Below are positions 48,184 through 58,413 of a DNA stretch of 64,000 nt, piece by piece. The stretch's first letter is position 1, and each line of letters starts with the position of its first letter. The notes below the pieces were generated by a model. That model made no database searches and was not told where the DNA came from. It saw nothing but the letters and a program-made list of their open reading frames with translations. The position numbers were made by a program, and so were the translations under genes. The stretch comes from Terriglobia bacterium (GTDB lineage: Bacteria > Acidobacteriota > Terriglobia > 20CM-2-55-15): the NCBI GenBank assembly GCA_965198225.1, contig CBDAOY010000006.1, positions 160,001 through 224,000 on the forward strand. The letters run 5' to 3'.

Positions 48184-49791
48184 CTACGGAACGTGGCAGT
48201 TCAGGCACGCGCCACGCGGCGGGTGCGGTGGAATCATGTCGACCCTGCGCAGGGTCGGCACCGTGCCCGACCCTGCACGACGCTGTCGATCCGCGTATCC
48301 CGTATTCCCGTAAGCACCCGCACCAGCGTCACTCTCGGAGAACCGCACCTGGACCGTTTCGATCGTCGGGAAATCTCTCGAGATCATGTCCAGGTAGTTG
48401 TTGGCCAGGTCGCGAGCGATGACGCGTTTGACCGTCCACCAGCCCGGTTCATCCAGAGGGTGGATCGAGAACGAGCCCTCGTAGATGTTCTCCTGAACGT
48501 CGTAAGCCGGCTTGATCAGTACATCCGGCTTCGCTTTCGGGGTCAGCGACACGCGACGCTTGTCGATCGAGTTGGGGCTGTGGATGGTCACCGTGATGTT
48601 GTCGATACCCGAGAGATTATCGGTCACGACGGCGGTGAGCTTCACACCTTCGCCCGGTTGGGCGGACCGCTTGTCGATCGACAACGTGATCAACTGTGGC
48701 GGCGTCAGGTCTTCCTGGTCGCCGATAATCATGATCCGCTGGTCTCCGAGGATCGGATTACTGATCGGGAACACCGTCATCTCATTCCTGGCGTGGTCGC
48801 CGATTCGGACCCGCGCGATCCGGTAGGAACCGCTCTCGTAGTGTTTGTTGATCCGGAAGTACCCGACGTACGCATTCGGATGGGCTTCCTGGTCGAGGAC
48901 CGGGGTGAGCGCGACGTCGCTGTACAGGTTCCGTATCGGCGAAGCCAAGGTGACGGTCACCCTATCGACACCCGCAAGATTGTCTTCGATCTCCGCGTAA
49001 ACCGGGATGAGGTCGGTGATCCTCGCCTGGAGCGGCTGCGAGGGCGCGGAACCGTCGAGTGAACCCAGGACGAACTTCTTGAGCACCGGCGGGGACAGGT
49101 CGTAGTTCGGATTGTCCTCGATCTCGAACGACAGCGTCATCTTGTCCATGATGGGGTGATAGTCGGATCGGAACGATTTCCCGTGGCCGAGCTGGTTGTT
49201 CAGGTTCTGGATCGCGAGCGGGTAGTAGATACCGCCGACCTGGTAGGGCGGCACCGACCCTGTCGCTTCCCAGGTCTCGTAGACCATCCCGTCGTCGCGC
49301 TCCTCGGAGCTGATGGCCCTCGCCATGCGCAGGCTCATCCGGGTCTCGCGGCCATCGGGACCCTCATACATGAGGTTGTTCGGGTTGACCGGCGCCTTGC
49401 TCCGCGTGAGCACGCGAACCTTTACCGTGTCGCCGACCGCGACGTTCTTCGGAGTCAACAGCTCCATCTCGATGATCTGCGGCGAAATGTGGTATCCCCT
49501 CAGATTCGCGGCATCGACCCTTCGATCGGCGTTGGACATGAACTCGTCAGGTATCCACTCCGACTCGGGACGCTCGTCGAAGTAGAACTCCATCAGATTG
49601 GGCGCCTGCCCGATCTTGCCGGTTCGTGCACCGCTGTTCAGGATGTCCGCCTGCTTCACACGGTCCGTCACCGGAACCTTCTCCTGTTGCTGGGCGACAA
49701 TCGGGACAGCGATCGCGACCGCAGTCAGCAGAACGAGCGCGACGCGCCATGAGGTGTGGACATATTGCATGTGCTCTCTCCTGTTTCCCAT
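48184..49791 (-). CDS. Secreted Ig-like-repeat protein with C-terminal magnetochrome-like c-type heme motif
   Basis: Signal peptide; repeats DLSPP..DNLAGVD..DHARN / DLTPP..DNLSGID..DLANN; ends PPHPPRGACLNCHVP. Confidence 0.7.
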   Translation of the reverse strand: MGNRREHMQYVHTSWRVALVLLTAVAIAVPIVAQQQEKVPVTDRVKQADILNSGARTGKIGQAPNLMEFYFDERPESEWIPDEFMSNADRRVDAANLRGYHISPQIIEMELLTPKNVAVGDTVKVRVLTRSKAPVNPNNLMYEGPDGRETRMSLRMARAISSEERDDGMVYETWEATGSVPPYQVGGIYYPLAIQNLNNQLGHGKSFRSDYHPIMDKMTLSFEIEDNPNYDLSPPVLKKFVLGSLDGSAPSQPLQARITDLIPVYAEIEDNLAGVDRVTVTLASPIRNLYSDVALTPVLDQEAHPNAYVGYFRINKHYESGSYRIARVRIGDHARNEMTVFPISNPILGDQRIMIIGDQEDLTPPQLITLSIDKRSAQPGEGVKLTAVVTDNLSGIDNITVTIHSPNSIDKRRVSLTPKAKPDVLIKPAYDVQENIYEGSFSIHPLDEPGWWTVKRVIARDLANNYLDMISRDFPTIETVQVRFSESDAGAGAYGNTGYADRQRRAGSGTVPTLRRVDMIPPHPPRGACLNCHVP

Positions 49792-50160
49792 TCAACTACG
49801 ATAATTCAAACGGTCCTGGAAATAGTCGCTCTCCAGCCCCCCGAACGTCGGACCAGCAGCCGAACCGCGCCGGACGGAGCGGAGGGATTCCCATCCATTT
49901 ACAAGACTGTCGTTTGCGCGACTCAGACGCAACAAAACAAATGTTACAAGTTGTTACAGTGCGACGCCAATTCTACCCCAATTCGGGCAGCAAATCGGAG
50001 CATTTGAGCGAGGGGAATTCCACACTTCGGCCAAAGCAGGTACGCGCACGGGCCGGAATCTTGTGTGGCGCGACTCGAACCGGCCGACGAGAGCGCTCTC
50101 TCAGGGCAATCGGCAGTCCGCTACCAAGTTGACGTCACAGAAGTTATACTTCCTCTCGGA

Positions 50161-50515
50161 ATGACAAGACCAGGCTTCTCGCGACCGATTCGAGCGGTTT
50201 TAGGACTCACACTGGTTCCAGGCGGACGTGGCGTACCTGTCTTTCACCGGCAGCACGGACGGAGAGGACAAACCACGCACGAACCTTCGTGGCATCGCCA
50301 CCCTGTTCATGAACGTGATGCACCTGGTCGCGCGACCCGAAAGCGGAATCTCGAACTTCGAAGACCTGACCCGAATCCTGTTCGACACGCTCCCTGGCGT
50401 TGCGCCGATCCACGAAGCATTCGGCCGTCTCGACATCGAGGCCGCGCCGGCAACACCGATCCCCCTGCATCCCGGCGCCGCCCGTTTTTACCGTGAGATG
50501 GAACTTTTTCGCTGA
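50161..50515 (+). pseudogene. Internally deleted TAXI-family TRAP solute-binding protein
   Basis: QADVAY, NLRGIATLF..VMHLVAR..SGI..FEDL joined directly to IPLHPGAARFYRE. Confidence 0.7.
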
Positions 50516-50586
50516 ACGGCGAGCCGGGTCGCTCGATCAGCACTCTTTCGAGCCGGCCTGCTCGATCAGCACTCATTCTTGAGCTG

Positions 50587-51552
50587 GTGAAACTCGAGAA
50601 CCTACGACTTGGCGATCGCCGAGGGACTCGCAGCCTGGCCCCGATTTTTGTCCTGTCGGTCGGCCTGTTCGCGGCAACCGCTGCCCTGGTCGTTCTCGGG
50701 TATCGTGCCACCGGCCAGTGGGTCGAAAGCGCGCGCTTGCTCGTCGAGAGACGTGCCGAGAACGCGTTGACGCTGCTGACCACCGCTCTGGCACGGGACA
50801 TGGAAGGTGCGCAGGAACTCATCCTGCGGCCGATTCAGTCCGAAACTCTCACGCAGTCCGCGACGTATGAACTCACCCGCCGCGTGGCCCAGGCTTTCGC
50901 GCGGTTCCCATACCCCGAATCTTTTTTCGCGTGGACGGCAGGGGCCGGAACCGCGGAAGAGCTGACGTTCTTCAACCGCACGGACCGCCCGCCGCCCTGG
51001 GGGGAGGTGGCGGCGATGACGAACCCGTTTCCGGTCACGGTCGTCGACGACCCCGTCCGCGGCCGGGAATTCGCACTGTTCGAAATGGACCTGGATGGCA
51101 CACCCTACCAGGTCGTGGCTCATCTGCTCTACGAGACGCCGGTCCAGGATCGCCTGTCGGGACTCGTGGGCTTTGCGGTCAACCTCGACTGGGTCGAGGC
51201 GAACTACTTCCCTGAAATGCTTTCCCAGGTGGCTCGCATCGCTGACGTCAGCGATGATCTGATTCTGGCCGTATACGGCCCTGAAGGGACGATCGCCGCA
51301 ACGGGGCCGACTACAGAAAGCCCGCTTCAGACGCGGGAGTTTCCGATGGTCTTCTTCGATCGCGTCTTCCTGGTGCAGGCATCCGCCGACCTGGGCGTCC
51401 GCTACCTGGATGCCGGCATCAGCACGACGACGCAATCCCGCGCCGTCGACACGCTGGTCGTGAGGCTGAGAAAGAAGATCGAGGTGGACCCGCGACAACC
51501 GAAGTACTTGCAGACGGCGTACGGGGACGGTTATCGGCTGGTGGTGGAGTGA
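50587..51552 (+). pseudogene. Fusion of a sensor-kinase N-terminal sensor region with the tail of an OmpR-type DNA-binding domain
   Basis: TM + sensor-like region, no HisKA/HATPase; ends RAVDTLVVRLRKKIEVDPRQPKYLQTAYGDGYRL. Confidence 0.6.
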
Positions 51553-51553
51553 C

Positions 51554-51621
51554 TGTAGGTGCGCTCTATGAGCGCACATTCCTCAAGCGGAAACACTGTG
51601 CGGTCATAGACCGCACCTACA
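51554..51621. repeat. REP doublet
   Basis: Same arms as 8166-8239 with a different spacer. Confidence 0.8.
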
Positions 51622-51633
51622 CTGACTACTCTC

Positions 51634-54567
51634 CTAAAACGTAAACTTCAGCCCCAACTGCGCCTGGAAGGGAGCCAGCGCGGCGCGGGCTTTCCGGAAG
51701 GTGGACGACCGCGCATTCCCGTTGAAATTCGACAGGTTCTGGGTGTTGAAAACGTTGAACATCTCCCAGAGAACTTCCACGTTTTTCGACTCGTCGAAGG
51801 CGAACTTCTTCCACAGACGCAGATCCATCTGGAAGTAATCGTCTCCTCTCAACGCGTTGAAACGGACTCCGGGTGGACGATCGTTTCGGATGAAATCCAA
51901 GTTGTCATCCCTGCCGGTCGTGTGGTTGTAAGGCGGGGCACTGTTTGCGGTCACGATCGATGAGATATTGATCTCATATGGGAAAGCGTAAATGACGTTG
52001 CCGGTAAACCGGTGCCGGACGTCGTTTTCCAGAGGTCCGAAATCCAGATCGTTGAACTTATCGTAAGCGTCGCCGGGCTGGGCGGGACCGAATGTCGCGC
52101 CGGAAAACTGCTTCCCATCGCCTATGGTGTAGCCCAGGAGGAAGCCGAGCCTGTCGGAAAACCTCCGTTCCAAACGTAACGACAGGGTGTTGATGTGGAT
52201 TCGATTCCCCTGATCCAGAGACAGGCGCATGCGCAGACACTCCGCGGCACCTGCCAGTTTGAGCCTGGCGCCGAACGGACACACCCTTTTCCCCCCAGTC
52301 TGGCTCAACGGAAGCGGCGCGTTCACGTTCCGGTTCATTCCGAACTTTAAGCCCAGAATGTGCGTGAAATCCGCGGAGAATGCCATGTCCGGAGTGATCG
52401 CGTACTGAACCCCGCCGTTGCTCTGCTGCGTGTAGGGCGTATTCCCTGTCGGACTGGGCACCGATGGGCGCCCGCTGGCCACGGCAGGGAGCTGGGCGGC
52501 ATTCGGTATGATCGGGAAGAAATCCGGGTTCGATACCTGGACGCTCTGTGTGATCAGGCCGTTGTAACCGAAAACGGTTCCCCTGAGCGTGATCGTGTTG
52601 ATCCGGTCGTGGAAAATCCCGTAGCTGGCGCGAACGACGGTCTTTCCGGTTCCCAATAGATCCCAGGAAAAACCGAAACGCGGAGACAGGTCCAGGGTGT
52701 CGTTGGGCGCCGGGCGCCAGTTCTGAACGCCAAGCGCGCCGGTCCCGCCAAGCGCCACGGCGATCCATACATCTTCGGGATGGTCACGCGAGAAGCCCGG
52801 TTGTTCGAACGGGTCCGGTCCACCAATGTCACCTTCGAACACCCGGAGGTCGTAGCGAAGCCCCATATTGAGAGTGAAATTCGGCCTCACCCGCCAGGTG
52901 TCGTTCACGAAGAAGGCGTACATGTCCAGATCGCGGCTCATGCTGGCGATCGTCGGATCCGACGTTTCGCCGCGGTCAAACCGCAAGTTAAAGCTGGCAC
53001 GGTAGCGAACGGGCTTTCCAAATTCGGCACAAGTGATTTCTTCGCACGTGAAGAGATACGATCCGTTAAAAACATTGTTCGAATCGACCAGCGCCTCGAC
53101 GTCGTTCATCTCGGCGCCCCACTTGAGGCCGTGGTTGCCGAACTGATGACTCATCGTATTGGCGAGAATCCAGTTCTTCTGGATGCGGCCCTGCGGAACG
53201 CTGTCCGAGGTCCCGATTTCTACCGATGGAAACACCAGTGTCGGCAGGAATTTTGTCGAACCCCCCGGCGCGCTCCGGAACAGTCGTTGGATGGAGCGGT
53301 TGAGGCGAAACTCGTTGACGATGCCCGTTCCAATCAATGACGTCACGTTCGCCGAAGCAAAGTAAGAACTGCTCAAGTCGTCGAAGCCGCCGTCGGCCGC
53401 GATAGACGAGTTCACGTCCTTGTTGAATTCGTCGTTGTCGTCGTAGAGATACGTCAGGTTCAGTGTATTTGACGGGTTGAGGTTGAAGCTGAGTTTGCCG
53501 ACTGCGTTGATCTCCTCCCTGTTCTGAGGAACAACGCGGCTCGTGTCGTAGCCCAGGTTGAGAGAATTGACGAACGATTCCACGTCGTCGGGTATCGTCA
53601 CTTCCGTACTCGTGTCCTGGACCTGACGCTCGACGGAACCGAAAAAGAACGCCCGATCGTGGGCGATCGGTCCACCGATGGTTCCGCCGAACTGCTGCTT
53701 TTTCCGCTGGGGCGGATCGGAGACGGGTCCGGCGACTCCGTTGCGCACGATGAAAGGTGGTCTGTCGAAGGAATCGTCTCGCAGGAAATAGAAACCGCTC
53801 CCATGGAGGTCGTTTCCGCCCGACTTGATCACGACGTTGACGGCCCCCGTAGCCGTTCGACCAAACTCGGCCGAATAGCCCGACGACATCACCTGGAATT
53901 CCTGAATCGCTTCCTGGCCGAGCCGCGTTCGTGTGGAGCGAGAGATGTTCGTCCCGCCCGTCGTCACCTCGTCGTTGAAATCGACACCTTCCAGCCAGAT
54001 ACTCTTGTACTGCTCCCCCATGCCGAAGAAGCTGACCGAATCGGTGGTATCCCTTCGAACTGACGACTGGTCTAGCGTGACGCCCGGCGCCAGCAGCATC
54101 AGATCCATGAAATCACGGTTCCGGAGCGGCAGTTCCTCGACCCGCTGGTTGTCGATGACGGTTCGGATTGTGTTCTGGGTCGTCTGCACCAGAGGCGCGA
54201 CTTCGGTCACCGTGACCGATTCGGTAACCTGCCCGACCTCCAGTTGAAAGTCGACCTTCACTTCGCCTGCCACCGGCAGGGTGATGCCGGGTCGCGTCAT
54301 GGACCGAAATCCGCTGAGCTCCACCGACACCGTGTACCGGTCCGGCGCGAGTCCGCTGAATCGGAACGAGCCGGTTTCATTTGTGAGGGTTTCGCGAGAG
54401 GCTCCCGTCCGTTCGTTTGACGCACGGAGGGTCGCACCCGGAAGCACTGCGCCGGACGGATCGGAAACGTCGCCGAGAATTGAGCCGGTTGTCGACTGTG
54501 CCAAGGCGTTGGGCGCCAGAGTCAGGACCGCGATGGCTGTTACGAGAAGACTTCGAAGACGATGCAT
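51634..54567 (-). CDS. TonB-dependent receptor (Oar-like, N-terminal carboxypeptidase-regulatory-like domain)
   Basis: Signal peptide; GDVSDPSGAVLPGA; IQEFQV..YSAEFG; GLRYD; SPRFGFSWD; terminal QLGLKFTF. Confidence 0.9.
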   Translation of the reverse strand: MHRLRSLLVTAIAVLTLAPNALAQSTTGSILGDVSDPSGAVLPGATLRASNERTGASRETLTNETGSFRFSGLAPDRYTVSVELSGFRSMTRPGITLPVAGEVKVDFQLEVGQVTESVTVTEVAPLVQTTQNTIRTVIDNQRVEELPLRNRDFMDLMLLAPGVTLDQSSVRRDTTDSVSFFGMGEQYKSIWLEGVDFNDEVTTGGTNISRSTRTRLGQEAIQEFQVMSSGYSAEFGRTATGAVNVVIKSGGNDLHGSGFYFLRDDSFDRPPFIVRNGVAGPVSDPPQRKKQQFGGTIGGPIAHDRAFFFGSVERQVQDTSTEVTIPDDVESFVNSLNLGYDTSRVVPQNREEINAVGKLSFNLNPSNTLNLTYLYDDNDEFNKDVNSSIAADGGFDDLSSSYFASANVTSLIGTGIVNEFRLNRSIQRLFRSAPGGSTKFLPTLVFPSVEIGTSDSVPQGRIQKNWILANTMSHQFGNHGLKWGAEMNDVEALVDSNNVFNGSYLFTCEEITCAEFGKPVRYRASFNLRFDRGETSDPTIASMSRDLDMYAFFVNDTWRVRPNFTLNMGLRYDLRVFEGDIGGPDPFEQPGFSRDHPEDVWIAVALGGTGALGVQNWRPAPNDTLDLSPRFGFSWDLLGTGKTVVRASYGIFHDRINTITLRGTVFGYNGLITQSVQVSNPDFFPIIPNAAQLPAVASGRPSVPSPTGNTPYTQQSNGGVQYAITPDMAFSADFTHILGLKFGMNRNVNAPLPLSQTGGKRVCPFGARLKLAGAAECLRMRLSLDQGNRIHINTLSLRLERRFSDRLGFLLGYTIGDGKQFSGATFGPAQPGDAYDKFNDLDFGPLENDVRHRFTGNVIYAFPYEINISSIVTANSAPPYNHTTGRDDNLDFIRNDRPPGVRFNALRGDDYFQMDLRLWKKFAFDESKNVEVLWEMFNVFNTQNLSNFNGNARSSTFRKARAALAPFQAQLGLKFTF

Positions 54568-54587
54568 TGGAACCTGGGGGTGTTTCC

Positions 54588-54632
54588 TGTAGGTGCGCTC
54601 TATGTGAGCGCACAGAGCGTTGCGCACCTACA
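54588..54632. repeat. Degenerate REP doublet
   Basis: tgtaggtgcgctctatgtgagcgcac...gcgcacctaca. Confidence 0.65.
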
Positions 54633-54660
54633 GTGTAATAACTGCTTTCCTGTCGCCAAG

Positions 54661-54703
54661 AAAAAAGAGCATTCCAGCCCCGACGAGCGAGGCTGGAATG
54701 CTC
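54661..54703 (-). terminator. Rho-independent terminator after the upstream receptor gene
   Basis: 13-bp stem gagcattccagcc/ggctggaatgctc followed by a T run on the minus strand. Confidence 0.75.
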
Positions 54704-54735
54704 CTGCCAAAAGCTAACTGCTAACAGCTAACCGT

Positions 54736-57715
54736 TTAGAACGTCAGCCGGAGTCCGAACTGACCCTGGAACTGGCCGCTGGGCACGACGCCTCGAGCGT
54801 TATTTGCACTCGACGAACGCTGGTTCCCCTGGAAGTTCACCAGGTTGGCTCGGTTGCCGAGGTTGAACATCTCCCACAGAACCTCGGCGGTCACATCTTC
54901 ATTGACCACGAACTTCTTGGTCAGACGCAGGTCGAGCTGCAAGAAGTTGGCGCCCCGCCCCGTCCAGGAACCGCCGCCCGCAGGCCGATCGTTCCGGCTG
55001 AAATCGAAGTTGTCGTCCCGACCGGTCGTGATGTCGTACGGCGGTGAACTGTTGGCCGTAAAGATCGACGAAACCTGCACGTCAAAGGGCAGCCCGTAGA
55101 TGATGTTACCCGTGAACCGGTGCCGCACGTCGTTGTCGGTCGGACCGAAGTTGGCTTCACCGAATTTCTCGTGAGTCGAGACGCGGTCGAAGTTCTTCGC
55201 CGAGCCGAGCGTGTAGCCGGCCAGGAAACCGAAGTTGTTCGTAAACCGCCGCTCCAGCCGGAAACCCAAGGTGTTGATGTGCGTACGGTTGGAGAAGTCC
55301 AGGATCTGGATGCGCAGGCAGCCGCCGCTGGACGAACGCAGTGCGGAAGCCGTCGGCGTGCGGCCGGCGGCCGCCAGGATCTGCGCCGCAAACGGGCAGA
55401 CCCGCGTTGAAGACGACGTGGCGCCCGGGAGCGGCGAGTTCGGCTCGAAAGTGGCCGTGTCGTAGAACAGACCCAGGATGTGCATGAAGTCGACCGAGAA
55501 CGCCATATCCGGTGTGATCGCGTACTGGAAGCCCGCGTTCGACTGCTGGGTGTAGGGCGTGTTCATCGTCGGCGTCGGAGCGTCCGGCGTCCCGCTCAAT
55601 CTGATACCTGTCGTTCCCGGCAGCAGGCTTGTATCGATCAGCCTCGGGAAATTCCCCTGGATGATCGCGTTCTCTGCCGCGTCATCGTCGTTCAGCTGCG
55701 TCCCCGAAGTCAACAATCCGTTGTAGCTGAAGACACGGCTCCGCAGTGTGCTGGAGTTAATCCGATCGTGGTAGAGGCCGTAGCTGGCCCGAACGACCGC
55801 GCGGCCGTTCCCGCTGACGTCCCAGGAGAAGCCGAACCGCGGCGACAGATCCAGGTTGTCCTCGACACCCGGCCGCCAGTCTGTCTGGCGCCCGAGCGCG
55901 CCGCCACCGACCGCGACGGCAACCCAGACGTCCTGGGGGCGATCCCTTGAGAACCCAGGCTGCTCGAACGCGTCCGGACCGCCGATCGACGACACACCGG
56001 GGACGCCGAGGTAGGTCCGCTTGTCGTAGCGCAGACCCATGTTGATCGTGAAGCGCGGCGTCACCCGCCACGTGTCATTGATAAAGGCGGCGTAAGACGC
56101 GACGTCGCGCCGGATGCTGATGAACGTCGGGTCGGCAATCTCTCCGCGCTGGAACGGCAGGTTGAAGTTCGCCGTGTAGCGGTCCGGGACCGTGGCCGTG
56201 TCGGAAGGGAACCGGTAGATGCCCTGGAACGTCACGTTGGCATCGGCGGTCGCCACGACACGGTTGGACTCCCCTCCCCACTTCAGCGAGTGGTTACCGA
56301 ACTCCCAGCTCATCGTGTCGGCGAAGATCCAGTTCTTCTGGACCCTTCCCTGAGGAACGTTGCCGGCCGTTCCGAAGTCGACCGACGGGAAGTCCAGTTC
56401 GGGAATGAAGCCGCCCGTCGCACTGGCCTGCAGGCTGCGGAACAGGCGCTGGATCGAGCGATTCGTGCGAAACTCGTTCACCACGCTGTTGCCGAACAGC
56501 GATGTCACGTTCGCGGTGGCGTTGTAAGAGCTACGGACGTCGTCGAACCCGTTGGCCTGGCCTGCCTGCTTGTTGCTGAACTCCCGATCGTCGTAGAGGT
56601 ACATCAGGTTCAGCGTGTGCTCGGGCGCGAGGTTGAACGTGAACTTGCCCACGACGTTCCTCTCATCCGCTTCCAGGGGTAGTGAACTGCTGGTGTCGTA
56701 GCCGGCGTTCAGAGAGTCCACAAAGGCCTTCACCGAATCCGGAATGGTGATCTGCACGCTGTTCTCGTCCGTCCGCCGCTCGAGCGACGTGAAGAAGAAA
56801 GCCCTGTCGCGAACGAAAGGACCGCCTACCGTCACCCCGTACTGCTGAGTCTTGAATGGCAGCGCGTTGGTGTCCGGCTCGGCCTTGCCACTTCTTATCC
56901 TGAATGGGTCCTTGTCGAACGCGTCGTCACGGAGGAAATAGAATCCACTGCCGTGGACCTGATTTCCACGACTTCACCACCACGTTGATCGCACCGGAGC
57001 CGGTCCGGCCGAACTCGGCCGAGTAACCCGACGACATCACCTGGAACTCCTGAATGGCTTCCTGTCCCAGGCGCGTCCGGGTCGCTTCGGAAATACCCGA
57101 GCCACCCATCGTCACCTCGTCGTTGAAATCCACGCCTTCGAGCCAGACCGTCTTGTTCCGCTCGTCCATGCCGTAGAAGCTGACCGAGTCGCTGTTTCCG
57201 CCGCGGAACGAACTCTGGTCGATCGTCACTCCCGGTGACAGCAGCATCAGATCCATGAAGTCGCGGCTCTTGGTCGGCAGCTCCTGGACTCTCTGGTTGT
57301 CGACGACAGCCTGAATCGTGTTTTCCGTTGTCTGGACCAGCGGCGCTTCTCCGGTCACCGTGATCGACTCGGCGATCTGTCCGACCTCAAGCTGAAAATC
57401 GACTTTGGTCGTTCCGCCGACCGCCAAGGTCACGCTTGGCCGTGTCGCGGTCCGGAACCCCGGAAACTCGACGGTGACGCTGTAGCCTGCTGGGGCCAGG
57501 CCCGAAAACCGGAAAGCGCCCACCTCGTTGGTCAACGCCTCACGGGTCGCGCCCGTGGCGTTGTTGGTGATTCGGACCGTCGCGCCCGGCAACACTGCGC
57601 CGGACAGATCCGACACGTCACCCAGGACTGACCCGGTGGTCGACTGCGCCATCACCGACGGCGCAAGCGCCAGTACCGTAACCAGCGCCAAAACTGTAAA
57701 TCGTAAGCGATTCAT
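54736..57715 (-). CDS. TonB-dependent receptor paralog, frameshifted near 56970
   Basis: N-terminus nearly collinear with the neighbouring receptor; KSGGN motif broken by a small indel; terminal FGLRLTF. Confidence 0.85.
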
Positions 57716-57868
57716 TGAACCTCCACTATCAGCCCGAAACGGACTGCAGCTTCTCTTGTGTCATTGAGATAAATGGACGATTGCTGCGCAAAGCTAAAGA
57801 AACCGGACAATTTGCGTGATAAAGACGACCAAAAACTATACCAATTCGTATGGGTTGTAGCAATTGTC

Positions 57869-57909
57869 CCGACATCTGGGTAATGGTCTAGACCATTACC
57901 GACATCTGG
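57869..57909. promoter_or_regulatory. Perfect 22-bp palindrome (GntR-type operator) flanked by 11-bp direct repeats
   Basis: ggtaatggtctagaccattacc at 57879-57900; ccgacatctgg at 57869 and 57899. Confidence 0.65.
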
Positions 57910-58175
57910 TGTTACGCGGGAGTTTGAGTGGACCCCGCTAATGCACGGTTTACTGGCAATCGACTTACCAAACAAGGCCAAGCGTTTTCATACGGTTGAG
58001 ACGATGGAGCGGACTGAAATACGGATTTTGGGATACAGAATACCAAAAACTGAATATGTGGGCTCTTTGTCGGCACACAGGTATACGGCTGCGGATCCGT
58101 AGTGCGGTACAGCCGAGAGCATTAAACCAATGAAAGGAAAAGGGCCTGCTTGCCTGCGAATGAGGAAAAAGAAGG

Positions 58176-58315
58176 AACCACGGAGGCACAGAGGCACGGA
58201 GTTTCTGTTTCTGTCTTCGCGCCGGCCGGGAAGGTTGCTCTTTTCAACACGAAGACACGGAAAGACGAAGAAGAGAAATCTGTTCAGACCTCCGTGCCTC
58301 CGCGCCTCCGTGGTT
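58176..58315. repeat. 9-mer-periodic hairpin repeat (CACGGAGG)
   Basis: aaccacggaggcacagaggcacggag ... ctccgtgcctccgcgcctccgtggtt; related copy at 62365-62428. Confidence 0.7.
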
Positions 58316-58413
58316 AAAAAAATCGCCTTAAACGGAAGGAAGGGCGAGCCCTGGGGGTTGTAGGGCTCACCCTACTCCTTTCGTCGGAGACAAACTCCGT
58401 TCCTGCGTTTAGG

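Noticed and set aside
46928-57715. Magnetosome gene cluster
   Set aside because: Only one magnetochrome-like motif; no mamA/B/K/M/Q-like genes recognised.
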